DNA of 64,000 nt from Marinicella sp. (GCA_965230295.1 OZ246001.1:1536001-1600000), one strand, 5' to 3'; positions 18,001-28,055 are shown, counted from the first letter of the stretch. Notes: generated by a model from the sequence alone, not told the origin. Program-made: numbers and translations.

Positions 18001-21000
18001 TGGGTGGTAAAGCCTGCATAACTCATGGCTTCATCTGAGGTGTCAGGCAGGATCATTTTGGTTGAGCGATTATAACGATCAAATTCAGTGTGGGTTACTG
18101 GAATATTTCCTACTGATGCACCGAGAAAATGATCCCCCTCTGATTTGATCTTTCTTCCAAACTGATCATGCCAAACTTTGTTCACCACATAACGGTCATC
18201 ACCTGATGTGCTACCATCATTGGTTGCGTTAGAGCTCTGGGTGATGGTGGCAACTTCTCTGCCTAATGAGTCCATATAGATGTAGCTCAACGATCCACCT
18301 GCATCCATTTTTCTAACACGAATTTGTGCATCCATACCTGAGGAGCAAGCATAAGTATCTGTCAAACCAGTACACCATTGTCTTGAAGTTTGTGTCCAGG
18401 TGCCAAGCGTATTTCTGGTTGAAGTCAATCGTCCAAAATCATCATAAGCATTGGTGGTGATTATGCCCAACAAATCAATGGATGTCAGCGGATTGCCGTA
18501 TATATCCCGTGTCAGAACATCGGTGAGGTTTTGTTCTTCTGTATTGTATGTTTCATCCACATAACGACCTTTGGAATCAAAGGTGGTGCGTTCATAGCGG
18601 TGGATGTGATATGGACTTGCTGCATTGGCTGCTGTCGGTGTGTTATTTGCACACTGACTCGAAGTTAAAGTCGCACCTGAGCAAGTGATAACTTTGGTGG
18701 TGTTACCAAAACCATCATATTCATAGCGTTTACGCAAGAACAGTTCATCACCACCAGTGGGGTCTTGACGTTCTTCAATCAACAAACCATTGGTGTAGTC
18801 ATAATCAAACTCACTGACAGTGGTGATGCTGAGCTGACCTGTTCTGGTTTTGACGGTTGTTGATGTTTCAAGCAGTCCAATTAACCAACGAGACTCGCCT
18901 GAGTTTAGGGTTGTGATGTTGCTGTATGTGTTGGTCGTTGTGTTGGTTTGTAATGTTGTGCCACTACCATCTTTGATGGTCACTGTGTGTACCAAGGGAT
19001 TGCCAAATGAATCGTGCGTGGTGCTCTGAGTCTCGGTTTTGAGCAATGTGCCATCTTCTGGTGAATGGGTGTCCAAAGTAACCGTTTGGACATATGGAAA
19101 TGTGCTTTTGCTGGTGGGACTGAGTTGATTTGGTGTGATGCTGATGGTTGATAACGTGGTATCAGTACCTGCCAGATTCATATTTTCTTCTATGCGAGGA
19201 ATGTCTTCACAAGGCAAGCCAGGTTCGCATGGGGGTGGGAAACATGTATCATCATCGCCACAATCAGGAGGCACATTGCTGGCATCATAAAAATCATCAT
19301 TCAGTTGTTTAATCTGGGTTCCAGAGGGTATCCCGTTGTAGGGAAAGTCCTGCCGGTATGTCGTGGTTGACTCCAGTATTTTGGCATCACTATCACTGGC
19401 AGCTTTAACAGGGGTTGCTGTGATGACTTTTTCAAAACCTAAAAATCCACGACCGCCTGTTTGAATCCTGGCATTTTCATAACGATAACGCATGGTGTTC
19501 TGAAATGATTCATCTCCCTCAATGGGTGAATCGACATCAACCTGTCTGACCACATAGACTGCACCCATCACATCAAGCACAGGTGAACCAAGACCATAAT
19601 TTAAAGCCGTGGTTTGGTGGTTGCCTTGTTTGTAGGTGCTTGAAAAAGTCAGGGGTCGATACAACACATCGGTCGATGCCCCAAGTCCATCTGTAAAAGT
19701 TGTAATTTGATCGGTGGTCAAATAGACATCTTCTCTTGGGTATACATTTTGGTCACCTGCATTATCTATTCTGACATGGTCCATGGTGCCATCGCCATTC
19801 AAGTCCATAAACAAGTTCAGGTTTTGGTTTACATTAATGGCACTTGCACCGATGAATGTAGCAGTGCCTAAAAACCCATCACCCACCCATATTTTAGCCA
19901 AATAATTTTGGTTCCCTGTGGTATCTGGGTAAACAACATCTGTATATCCATCTAAGTTGTAGTCAAACATCTGTAAGTGATCTTCATTGTCAACTCCTAC
20001 GTCGCTGCTGAAAGATGTAAACCCTTTACCTGTTGCTAGTCTGTATTGCCAATTGTTTGATGTGTTCTTAGCAAATACATCCGTTAAACCATCAGCATTG
20101 ATGTCGATGAACTTGATGTCTTGATCTGCATCGTCCAATAAAGTTGATGTCTCCTTGATGTAGTAATGTTCAGATTCATAGTCCAAATCACCACCGGCCA
20201 GTCCATTGCCTATAAAAGCCACCCAATGAGATGAGTCCAGCACTTCCATAGGCTCACCTTGTAGATGAAAATCCTCGCCTGCTGATATAAATCGATAAGC
20301 TTGTTCATCCAAGTTTTCGATCAATGGCGGGTTTTCTGTATAATAAACATCTACCCTAAGAATCAAATCAGCCACGCCATCACCATTGACATCATTGGCA
20401 ATGACATTGATGTCATCATCCTGATGAAATCGATAAATCATATATTCATTGGGGTCAAGTGGTGGGGTTATTTCAGGAATTTGACTGACATCACCGGGCA
20501 AATCAATACCAACCAAGGTATTGGAAAAGGCATAACTGCCTCCTTGTCTTTCCAAATACCTGACTGACAAACCAGCAACAGGATACAACAAGTCTGCTAA
20601 ACCATCGCCATTCATATCAATGATTTGAAAATCACTGTTAGCTGTTCCAGTTAAACCTGTTGATGTTGAGACACTAGAAAACCCCACTGTGCCAGTACTG
20701 GCTAAATGTACCACCCATGAAGTACCCACCTGTATCATCAAGTCTTCTCTGCCATCGGCATTGTAATCAATCAAATGCCATTTGTTATCTATCTCTGTCC
20801 CAGCCGGTGCAGAAATGGTTGTGGTGGTGGCAATGCCGAACCCTGTTTGCCCATTGGCCAAAGCCACCTTGAATGTATCGGTGTTATCATCCACAAAAAC
20901 CAAGTCAGCCCGACCATCAGCATTCACATCACCGAGTTTGGAACTTTTAACATCTGTTGGAAAAGAAACATAAGCTCCAGTATCCGTTGCCCTGATTTGT

Positions 21001-22106
21001 TTGTTAGGTTCAGACCATGTAAAGTTACTTGCAGGAAAACAGGTTGCCCCTCTACATTCTTGAATTGAAGTTAAAATTGATCTGAATGTCGTGGTAGATA
21101 AGTCATAAAGTAGGGTGTAATCTCGAACCAATGTACCATCGATTCTTGACTCAATTGATGCCAGTCTTTGAGTCGTAGCAAACTCCACCCCACCTAGAAA
21201 TGAGGAAAATTCATCAGTCCTCGTTTCATAAATGAAACTGATGTTGTTATAAGGGGCAAGGGCTTGGGTTACATTACCGGTATAATCAATATCAGTCAGT
21301 ACAAATTCGCCATCAGCAAGTTTGTTGTAGCTGTAATCAATGTAGTTACTCATGGTGTCCTGGTAACGGTTGATGGCCCATGTATAAGTTTTGCCGTTGA
21401 TACCAGGATCAGAGTGCAAGACTGTTATGTTTGAATCAGTGGTATTGCCGTAAAAACTTTTCGAACCGTCTTTACGTTCTACAGTGAAATAATCTGGATT
21501 GTTACCACTGCCACCAACGGAAGTTATTCGGGCAAACTGTTCTTTTTCGGTTCGATACTCTGTGCCATCATCACCATATGAACCTCCATTAGAAACAAAC
21601 AACCTTTCTCCATTTAAACAAAACTTATCTTCAGTCCCATATGTTATGGGAGATGGCGTAATGTCACCAACCACATCTTTTGATTCAGCTGTTTCTCTAC
21701 AGCGTGAGATCAGTGTCACACCAGAAATAGACCAACCCACACCGACATGTCCATTGCCACCTGCTGATGAGTATTGCAAAGCCACTTTGGGTGAAACACC
21801 AGCGGAGCCTACACCAGCAAAGATTGGAATGGTGTATGCTGCTTGACCTGTTTGATCCACCATAAAATCACCAGCGGTGAATCCAACTTCTTCATGACCA
21901 GTTTCCAGTGTAGGCAAAGTTCCAGAGAACGGCGTTTCAGATGAAAGTGTAGGAGCGGCTACAGGAGCCTCAAAACCAGTGGCAAAAATTAAATCGATAC
22001 TTCTGGTTTCTTCAGAGTCGTAGTGATTTGTAACAGGTAAGATACCAGCACCGACTGTGCAACATGCTGATAATAGGATGATGACGAAGGGTTTGAGGCT
22101 TTTCAT
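15084..22106 (-). CDS. RHS/YD-repeat polymorphic toxin with SpvB-like N-terminus and FG-GAP/VCBS repeats (TcB-TcC-like fusion)
   Basis: Signal peptide, SpvB-like LQYSSAGGNGHVGVGWSISG, DxNxDGxxD repeats, YD repeats, and RHS core GFTGHE...GRIYD...NRYVYVHNNPLSFTDPTG (DPTG at 16173-16184), followed by a C-terminal extension of about 360 aa. Confidence 0.92.
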   Translation of the reverse strand: MKSLKPFVIILLSACCTVGAGILPVTNHYDSEETRSIDLIFATGFEAPVAAPTLSSETPFSGTLPTLETGHEEVGFTAGDFMVDQTGQAAYTIPIFAGVGSAGVSPKVALQYSSAGGNGHVGVGWSISGVTLISRCRETAESKDVVGDITPSPITYGTEDKFCLNGERLFVSNGGSYGDDGTEYRTEKEQFARITSVGGSGNNPDYFTVERKDGSKSFYGNTTDSNITVLHSDPGINGKTYTWAINRYQDTMSNYIDYSYNKLADGEFVLTDIDYTGNVTQALAPYNNISFIYETRTDEFSSFLGGVEFATTQRLASIESRIDGTLVRDYTLLYDLSTTTFRSILTSIQECRGATCFPASNFTWSEPNKQIRATDTGAYVSFPTDVKSSKLGDVNADGRADLVFVDDNTDTFKVALANGQTGFGIATTTTISAPAGTEIDNKWHLIDYNADGREDLMIQVGTSWVVHLASTGTVGFSSVSTSTGLTGTANSDFQIIDMNGDGLADLLYPVAGLSVRYLERQGGSYAFSNTLVGIDLPGDVSQIPEITPPLDPNEYMIYRFHQDDDINVIANDVNGDGVADLILRVDVYYTENPPLIENLDEQAYRFISAGEDFHLQGEPMEVLDSSHWVAFIGNGLAGGDLDYESEHYYIKETSTLLDDADQDIKFIDINADGLTDVFAKNTSNNWQYRLATGKGFTSFSSDVGVDNEDHLQMFDYNLDGYTDVVYPDTTGNQNYLAKIWVGDGFLGTATFIGASAINVNQNLNLFMDLNGDGTMDHVRIDNAGDQNVYPREDVYLTTDQITTFTDGLGASTDVLYRPLTFSSTYKQGNHQTTALNYGLGSPVLDVMGAVYVVRQVDVDSPIEGDESFQNTMRYRYENARIQTGGRGFLGFEKVITATPVKAASDSDAKILESTTTYRQDFPYNGIPSGTQIKQLNDDFYDASNVPPDCGDDDTCFPPPCEPGLPCEDIPRIEENMNLAGTDTTLSTISITPNQLSPTSKSTFPYVQTVTLDTHSPEDGTLLKTETQSTTHDSFGNPLVHTVTIKDGSGTTLQTNTTTNTYSNITTLNSGESRWLIGLLETSTTVKTRTGQLSITTVSEFDYDYTNGLLIEERQDPTGGDELFLRKRYEYDGFGNTTKVITCSGATLTSSQCANNTPTAANAASPYHIHRYERTTFDSKGRYVDETYNTEEQNLTDVLTRDIYGNPLTSIDLLGIITTNAYDDFGRLTSTRNTLGTWTQTSRQWCTGLTDTYACSSGMDAQIRVRKMDAGGSLSYIYMDSLGREVATITQSSNATNDGSTSGDDRYVVNKVWHDQFGRKIKSEGDHFLGASVGNIPVTHTEFDRYNRSTKMILPDTSDEAMSYAGFTTHFTNDAGQRRQEKRNALDQLIEVKDFDIAGANPEYKNTLTYVYDSQGALLNLTRDANNLIERLIENTYDRRGRKTSSDDVDTGFSEIFYNALGEVVETIDAEDNSIKTYYDTLGRAHQVESWDDTVQLTRNINTYNATNGLLETEAKLTFVGSISYTQSHTYDGFKRPQTTDISFTDADNVCIGLTCDYQANLYYDQFSRLKYQQDASGKATENHYNARGFLSHVTDAADGTKEYYRINQTDKWGNVISDRKAGDATLSAIYTFHPTRGWLNSITAPHQQYVYEYDSLGNLVKRSDIGNNQSECFRYDRLNRLTDTYRFNNSGQNCNITTGNVAHQVTGYDAKGNLTSKDGQSYAYLTGNASAIGSSPHQVQSKGAQIFTYDDRGNMTRSTNFRNGQGQLVDRNVAYTGFNKIQRIYTGSNSNDPIDESIYRYNNTEEPYSRTDTNSDDETTVTHFMGNVEVEYNANGQIAFKRHLGNFAVITETNNSTQETYLFHDHLGSVDVITDSSGHFLQAMSFSAWGERRVPANWDDFSSTLSRDYLSDYTTKGFTGHEMLDVFGIINMGGRIYDAELGKMLQADPVVQDPNTSQGFNRYVYVHNNPLSFTDPTGYFSLRKLVAAVVAVTLSFILPGLGFNIFWTAFTVGFTSTYIITGSLRSALRAGLVAGAVAFVGSQFANTGGADAANSGSKAAAGGAGDVATNTAISETAPVSTSASGGASTVAGGINAFDVAAQVISSLDPEAGAVLSFLRGGIIDASGKFVGAGGVVQNLVSHYGKFKATEELERFAKKNGMSLAELNLALVAMSFAGNKLIGTRFYEDNYTDKEAGQGVRGILSRNSGGVIDSRKYSGLNRTIGLVFDLVDIALGFQGLITASGYDAIVNGQRNQTIGGISLGSMDANNLVSRGYFPDGVSKSFVFGNVSHSNVRVELGPLDIVNGGFLGKLLNPSATLLKQPAGYPGAGCALHEWSGCY

Positions 22107-22222
22107 GATAACGTCCCTTTAAATTTAAAGTTTAATTCTCACATTGCTGTAAACAGCAACCATTCCCTTTCTTGTGCCTAGTCTAGCAGCACAAATGTTA
22201 TTTTTGCAACAATAAACACAAA

Positions 22223-22570
22223 TCAATTCAATTGCTTGCAGACTTCTTTGGTTAGAGCAAAACCTCTTTCAAAGTCAGTTAATAGATAATGATTTGAAAT
22301 TCTAAATCCTGCAGGTTGTCCGTAATAAACTTCAGCAGTTTGTTCTGATGCCATCAACTTCAATAGTTTTCTATTTGCTTTAAGCATGAAAAAATCATTG
22401 GTTCTGGTTGCTTCAAACTTTTCATCCCCAATAATAAATCGAGCTGTTTGTTGATTGCCTCCAACGGCATCAGCAAAACCAATAACTGTATGTCCATCAT
22501 ATTCAGTTACTTTATTATCCAGATGAGCACGAATCATTAAAACGCATTGATGGTTCTCCAAAGTTGTCAC
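22223..22570 (-). CDS. Hypothetical protein or gene fragment at the island boundary
   Basis: 115-aa ORF with a GTG start, next to the right direct repeat. Possibly truncated. Confidence 0.4.
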   Translation of the reverse strand: MTTLENHQCVLMIRAHLDNKVTEYDGHTVIGFADAVGGNQQTARFIIGDEKFEATRTNDFFMLKANRKLLKLMASEQTAEVYYGQPAGFRISNHYLLTDFERGFALTKEVCKQLN

Positions 22571-22627
22571 CTTTCCAACCTATTGCAGCACGATTTGATA
22601 TGAAATATCCTTTATTTGATGCTTCGA

Positions 22628-22669
22628 TGGGCGCGCCATACAAAAAAACCACCGCATGGGTGGTTTTTT
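22628..22669 (+). repeat. att-like copy of the tRNA 3' end plus terminator
   Basis: tgggcgcgccata-caaaaaaaccaccgcatgggtggtttttt compared with 5744-5786. Confidence 0.85.
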
Positions 22670-22728
22670 GCCTTTGCTCAGTGGTGAATACGAGACAAAT
22701 TCGTTGTCTCCATCTGGTGTTTTATCGA

Positions 22729-23433
22729 TCAAGGAGCTGGTGTATCATACCCGTCTGCATAGATCAAATCCGCGTCATAGATTAAATTCGAAAACAACTC
22801 ACCAGAGTCATTTGCACCTTCAATCGTAAACCTGCCAATGGGTACAGTTGATGAAAACCCGACAAACGAGGCATTCGGAGCCTGAACAGCAGGAACCATA
22901 ATGGTATCAATACTGATATCTTGATCATCAAAAACATTCACTGTAAAAGGTTCTAATGAGGTTCCGTTGGTCACATCAAATGCCACATGGTAGACATCAT
23001 GATGGAATTGAACTTGTGTGATTTCGACGAATGTGATTGCACCAACCACATCAAAAGGCACATTGACAAACCCTTGGGTCAGCAATGCGACATTGCCGGG
23101 TATAGCACTCACTGTAAAACCCAACTCCACTGCCCCCAAATCATAGCAAGGGGAGGCAAGATTCGAACTGATGCCAACCCCTGCATTGCAGACCTGGTTG
23201 GGCGCAACTAAGGAGTTGGTGAAGTCCTCGACGGCCAAATCCACACCGTTGGCGGCGTTGAGAAAGGCGGTCACGTCCGCATGGACCGTTATACTGCCAC
23301 CATGAATAACTTGCGGTAAGGCGGTTGTGGATGATTCAACATGGTTCGTTGAATGGTTATCGATGTCTAAGAATGACGTTTGAGCATTTACAGAAGTGGC
23401 TGCCAACGCAATGATGATGGTCTTTATTTTCAT
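22729..23433 (-). CDS. Secreted beta-rich protein with a C-terminal DLIYADGYD motif
   Basis: Signal peptide MKIKTIIIALAATSVNA and a GGGA RBS. Confidence 0.8.
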   Translation of the reverse strand: MKIKTIIIALAATSVNAQTSFLDIDNHSTNHVESSTTALPQVIHGGSITVHADVTAFLNAANGVDLAVEDFTNSLVAPNQVCNAGVGISSNLASPCYDLGAVELGFTVSAIPGNVALLTQGFVNVPFDVVGAITFVEITQVQFHHDVYHVAFDVTNGTSLEPFTVNVFDDQDISIDTIMVPAVQAPNASFVGFSSTVPIGRFTIEGANDSGELFSNLIYDADLIYADGYDTPAP

Positions 23434-23650
23434 GTTTTCCCCTTTTTAATTAATAGATACACCCTGCTATTATCATAAGTGTTTCTTTGAATATTCACAA
23501 TGAAAGAGGGTGGCTTTTTCCATTTTGATATTATTCACTGTGAATTGACGCGAGATGGCTCAGTTCATGATCTGATGTTTTTCTCACCACCACATACCCA
23601 CCAAAACCGATTTATGCGATACTCTGGGGTTTACATTGAGACCCGACAAC

Positions 23651-24289
23651 ATGCAAGCAGATTTCTGGTACGACAAGTGGAAAATCAACGAGATTGGCTT
23701 TGACCAAGCGGAAGCCAATCCACTTTTGGTGGCCCATTGGTCGTCAATGAATCTGAACCCGGGAGCCAAAGTTTTTGTACCACTGTGTGGCAAATCGATC
23801 GACATGGTGTGGTTGCTGCAACAAGGTTATCAAGTGATTGGCATTGAACTCAGCGAGGAAGCGATCCAGCGATTTTTTCAAGCCATGGAAATTGAACCGA
23901 TGGTGACCGAAGTGGGGGAGTTCACCTTATATCAGACCACCAACTTACGCATCTATGTTGGTGATATTTTTGCGTTACAAGACACCCACCTTGGCCAGGT
24001 GGGTGCCATTTATGACCGCGCTTCTTTGGTGGCTTTGCCGTTTGAGATGCGGGTGGATTACTGCCAGTATTTAGCCACCATCACCCACCTGGCGCCTCAA
24101 TTGTTGATTACCTTTGATTATGACCAAAGCCTACAAGCCGGCCCTCCATTTGCCATCCCAACTGATGAAATCAAATCCCATTATGAAGCATTGTATGACA
24201 TCACACTGCTTGACAGTCAGCCGGTCAATGGCGGACTGAAAGGTGGTTGTGAAGCGTTAGAACAAATTCGGTCTTTGTACCCAAAGTAG
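23651..24289 (+). CDS. tpm: Thiopurine S-methyltransferase
   Basis: FW..KW....IGF, VFVPLCGKS, YDRA.LVALP and GPPF motifs. Confidence 0.93.
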   Translation: MQADFWYDKWKINEIGFDQAEANPLLVAHWSSMNLNPGAKVFVPLCGKSIDMVWLLQQGYQVIGIELSEEAIQRFFQAMEIEPMVTEVGEFTLYQTTNLRIYVGDIFALQDTHLGQVGAIYDRASLVALPFEMRVDYCQYLATITHLAPQLLITFDYDQSLQAGPPFAIPTDEIKSHYEALYDITLLDSQPVNGGLKGGCEALEQIRSLYPK

Positions 24290-24290
24290 A

Positions 24291-24959
24291 TCAGAAATAA
24301 TACCGACACTGACCACCCCAATAAGCCCGGTCATAACCTTTGAATGTAACCTTCCAACTGATGTGGTATGTCATGGCCTCACTCAATACCGGCACATATC
24401 GATTGAAGTAAAGGGTTTTCTCAATTTTATTTCCACGATCCAACTTGGGATATTCACCCATGTCGCAGGTACAAGACTTATCGGGGCATTGTTTTTCATT
24501 CACCATGATCGTAGAGTTTTGACCTGGTTTTCGTTCCACTTCGGGAAACACCTCACTCAAACCATGAACAATTTGTTCGTAGACACCTGCGTAATCGGGA
24601 GTCAATCCATCGGTGGGATCCAAATCGATCATATCTGCGGCATCAATGATGGTAAATTCTTGTGCATTGGTCAAGTCAGAACGAAAGTCTGCCATGTTGG
24701 CATTACCCATATCTAATGGATCGGTTTTGGCGATCACTTTATTGTTGTGAATGGCAAAGATTTGCACATGCTCGACTTTCCAGTCACTGCCATGTTGCAG
24801 CATTTTGTAACATCGCCCTTCACATGACACACCGCCCGGCATTTTGCACGAAATCGGTTCTTCAAGAATGGAGTTTTCTGGTGGTTGTTTTTGTTCTGCT
24901 TTTAAGGTGTATGCGCCGCACAGTATAGATAACAAAATCACTTGGATTTGGAATTTCAT
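24291..24959 (-). CDS. Hypothetical secreted Cys-containing protein
   Basis: Signal peptide from MKFQIQVILLSILCGAYTLKA with a GGAGG RBS. Confidence 0.7.
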   Translation of the reverse strand: MKFQIQVILLSILCGAYTLKAEQKQPPENSILEEPISCKMPGGVSCEGRCYKMLQHGSDWKVEHVQIFAIHNNKVIAKTDPLDMGNANMADFRSDLTNAQEFTIIDAADMIDLDPTDGLTPDYAGVYEQIVHGLSEVFPEVERKPGQNSTIMVNEKQCPDKSCTCDMGEYPKLDRGNKIEKTLYFNRYVPVLSEAMTYHISWKVTFKGYDRAYWGGQCRYYF

Positions 24960-25317
24960 GAAACCATTCCTCCTATAAATCTCTTTGAGTATATGATTTT
25001 GTTGCAAATATTAATATTTTTTTCGTGAATATTTGTCTCTTTCAGATTATTGAACCTCAATGAACCTGGCCGGTCTGGCCAACTGATGCTTTGGGGCATC
25101 AAGCATTGATAAATTTGGGTGTTGTAGGATCTTATCTGAGTCATTTCTCATCTTACATGCTTAATTACTTATACAAAAAAAGCATAAAAAGTATGAAATT
25201 TTTTATTTATTATTCACGTTTAATCACCAATAATTTATACATATATCAATATTATGGTACATAATAATCAAATCTTCGTTGGGAGGGTGGTGTGAGAAAA
25301 GTTATCAAGGAGCTACA

Positions 25318-25536
25318 ATGAGAACACAGTCAATCATCAATGCAATGAAAAAACGCCGTCGTTCCAGCACGGTTAAAACCGATTCAAAAATAAAAGAACA
25401 AATCGCATTGATTCGCAGGGAAATCGTTAAAATGTCCTTTCAGCAAGACACCAACCCCTTACACTATGAACAGTTATTGGCCGAACTGGAAGAAATGAAA
25501 GCCAGATTGAAGCAAGTGGCTCAATTCAAACAATAG
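25318..25536 (+). CDS. Small coiled-coil hypothetical protein
   Basis: AAGGAG RBS before the ATG at 25318; 72 aa. Confidence 0.55.
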   Translation: MRTQSIINAMKKRRRSSTVKTDSKIKEQIALIRREIVKMSFQQDTNPLHYEQLLAELEEMKARLKQVAQFKQ

Positions 25537-25602
25537 AAAATAACAGCAAAACCAAGCACCCATGTCATTAGCCTCAGGTCCCGCTGTTACTTGATTCGGT
25601 CT

Positions 25603-27345
25603 TCACTTCTTCTTGGGCATATATAAATCAGTGATGGTACCCTCAAAAGCTTCGGCAGCCATGGCCACCGATTCTGCCAAGGTTGGATGTGGGTGGATGG
25701 TGAGCCCAATGTCGGCTGCCTCACAACCCATTTCAATGGCCAAACACAATTCACTGATCAACTCGCCGGCATTGGTACCGACAATTCCAGCACCCAAAAT
25801 GCGGTCAGTCTCTGGGTCAAACAACAATTTAGTGAAACCTTCAGTGCGGTCATTACCGATGGCTCGACCCGATGCGGCCCAAGGGAATTTACCCACTTCA
25901 TAAGTGATGCCCTGTTCTTTGGCGTCGATCTCTGTCAACCCCACCCAAGCCACTTCTGGATCGGTGTAGGCCACTGACGGGATCACCAAAGCATCAAAGA
26001 ATACTTTTTCACCATGGGCCACTTCTGCAGCCACTTTGGCTTCGTGGGTGGCTTTGTGGGCCAACATCGGCTGTCCCACGATGTCACCGATGGCAAAAAT
26101 GTGCGGCACATTGGTGCGCATTTGTTTGTCCACCGGAATGAAACCTCGGTCAGTGACTTCAACACCGGCGTGCTCGGCATCGAGCAAACCACCATTGGGT
26201 ACCCTGCCAACGGCCACCAACACGCGATCGTAAGTGACTTTATCACTGCCATCAAACTCGACTTCAAGCCCACCTTTGCCAGCCACACAGGCAGTGACTT
26301 TCGATTTAAGTTTGATTTCTTTGTATTGCTTTTTGATGTGTTGCATCAATGGTCTGACCAGGTCTTTATCAGCACCCGGGATGATTTGGTCCATCATTTC
26401 AACGATGGTGATTTCAGTGCCCAGTGCAGAGTAGACCGCTGCCATTTCCAAGCCAATGATGCCGCCACCAATGATTAACATAGAACCTGGGATTTCTTTC
26501 ATTTCAAGGGCATCGGTTGAATCCATCAACCGCTCATCTTCCCATGGCATGCCAGGCAGCTTGAACACCTGAGATCCGGCGGCAATGATGCAGTATTTAA
26601 AACTCAGTTTTTCACCACCAATAGAGACCGTGTGGGCATCAACAAATTTGGCTTCACCGGTCTTGCGACTGACTTTGCGTTGTTTGGACATTTGACCCAA
26701 ACCACCGGTCAGTTTCTTGACCACTGAATTTTTGAAACCCAATAATTGTTCTCGATCTATCTCAGGTTTTCCAAATGTGACGCCATGAGAGGCCATTTGT
26801 TCGGTTTCTCGGATGATGGCCGCGGTGTGCAACAAGGCTTTGGATGGGATACAACCCACATTCAAGCACACGCCACCCAAGGTTTCATACCGTTCTACCA
26901 AAGTCACATCCATGCCCAAATCAGCAGCACGGAAGGCTGCGGTATAACCACCTGGTCCGGCCCCTATGACCAACATTTCGGTGTCATATGCTGTGTCCAC
27001 CACTTCATCATGACTGGCTGCTGGCGCGGTATCGGTAACACTGGCTGCGGGCACTGTTTCTTCGACGGGTTCTTCCTTGGCAGGTTCGTCTGCAGCAGCT
27101 GCTTCATCGGCTTCGATGGTGCCAATGACCTGGCCAATGGACACTTCTTCACCTTCTTTGATGGACAATGACTTGATCACGCCTGAAAAAGGGCTGGGAA
27201 TTTCCATGGTGGCTTTTTCACTTTCTAGTGTGATTAAAGACTGGTCTTTTTCAACCGTGTCACCAACAGCCACCAACACTTCGATCACAGGTACGTTATC
27301 GAAGTCGCCGATGTCTGGAATTTTGATGTCTGATATTTGGCTCAT
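25603..27345 (-). CDS. lpdA: Dihydrolipoamide dehydrogenase (E3) with N-terminal lipoyl domain
   Basis: GAGPGGY, GGVCLNVGCIPSK, HPHPTLAE and an N-terminal ESEKATMEIP lipoyl motif. Confidence 0.97.
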   Translation of the reverse strand: MSQISDIKIPDIGDFDNVPVIEVLVAVGDTVEKDQSLITLESEKATMEIPSPFSGVIKSLSIKEGEEVSIGQVIGTIEADEAAAADEPAKEEPVEETVPAASVTDTAPAASHDEVVDTAYDTEMLVIGAGPGGYTAAFRAADLGMDVTLVERYETLGGVCLNVGCIPSKALLHTAAIIRETEQMASHGVTFGKPEIDREQLLGFKNSVVKKLTGGLGQMSKQRKVSRKTGEAKFVDAHTVSIGGEKLSFKYCIIAAGSQVFKLPGMPWEDERLMDSTDALEMKEIPGSMLIIGGGIIGLEMAAVYSALGTEITIVEMMDQIIPGADKDLVRPLMQHIKKQYKEIKLKSKVTACVAGKGGLEVEFDGSDKVTYDRVLVAVGRVPNGGLLDAEHAGVEVTDRGFIPVDKQMRTNVPHIFAIGDIVGQPMLAHKATHEAKVAAEVAHGEKVFFDALVIPSVAYTDPEVAWVGLTEIDAKEQGITYEVGKFPWAASGRAIGNDRTEGFTKLLFDPETDRILGAGIVGTNAGELISELCLAIEMGCEAADIGLTIHPHPTLAESVAMAAEAFEGTITDLYMPKKK

Positions 27346-27363
27346 AATGTTTTCTGATTGTAT

Positions 27364-28041
27364 TTAGGAGGCATCCCACAACGGGACACCCAAATTTAAA
27401 GCAAGGGTTTCTGCATCTTCGATGACGGCTTGGTGTTTGCCATGGTCGATGACGTTGATTCTGCTGGCATCGTTCAGTACCAGGTTGATTTCGTAACTGT
27501 GGTAGGAACCGTTCTTACTGCTGATGCGTTCCCTGATGACTTGAACAGCCTTGATGTCACTGATGTGCGTCATGGCATGCTTGTCTGTGCCTGCGTTGCC
27601 CAAACTGAAGGTGTGTTCCGGCCTTTTGCGGGCTCGATAATAACAGCCATAAAAGGTGTCAAACACCCTGGGAATGGTCACGAAATAATACATCAATAAC
27701 CCCACTGCCAGAAAAATGCCGCCGAATAATACCGCGAACAGGAAAATCACCCATTCATCAGGCTGAATGAACAAAAACACTGCCAACGGGATGGCAAATC
27801 CCAACAACCCGATAAAGACAAAAACACCACAAAGTAACAAGGTGCCCTTGGTGGCTCTGAATACCAACAGGTCCGGGTTGCTGCTGTCCAGGCGATGGGT
27901 TTGAAAATTGCTGCCGCCACCTTTCATGGGATGCCAATCGACTTCTGCTGCCAGTGGGTGGTTGAACTGAGTTACATCAACCGAGCGTGCACCACGTTTG
28001 GATGCTTCTTCAATTAATTTTTTCAGTTTTTCCAACATCAA
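27364..28041 (-). CDS. Hypothetical two-TM membrane protein
   Basis: 225-aa ORF within the aceF-lpdA operon, with two hydrophobic helices. Confidence 0.75.
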   Translation of the reverse strand: MMLEKLKKLIEEASKRGARSVDVTQFNHPLAAEVDWHPMKGGGSNFQTHRLDSSNPDLLVFRATKGTLLLCGVFVFIGLLGFAIPLAVFLFIQPDEWVIFLFAVLFGGIFLAVGLLMYYFVTIPRVFDTFYGCYYRARKRPEHTFSLGNAGTDKHAMTHISDIKAVQVIRERISSKNGSYHSYEINLVLNDASRINVIDHGKHQAVIEDAETLALNLGVPLWDAS

Positions 28042-28055
28042 TCAACTCAATTCAT

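Larger units (their letters stand above)
5744..22640. mobile_element. tRNA-Arg-integrated genomic island (RHS toxin/immunity island), no integrase visible
   Basis: The 13-bp direct repeat TGGGCGCGCCATA occurs at 5744-5756 (tRNA 3' end) and 22628-22640, each followed by a similar AAAACCACC..GGTGGTTTT terminator. The interior is visibly AT-rich and all called genes are on the minus strand. Confidence 0.8.
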
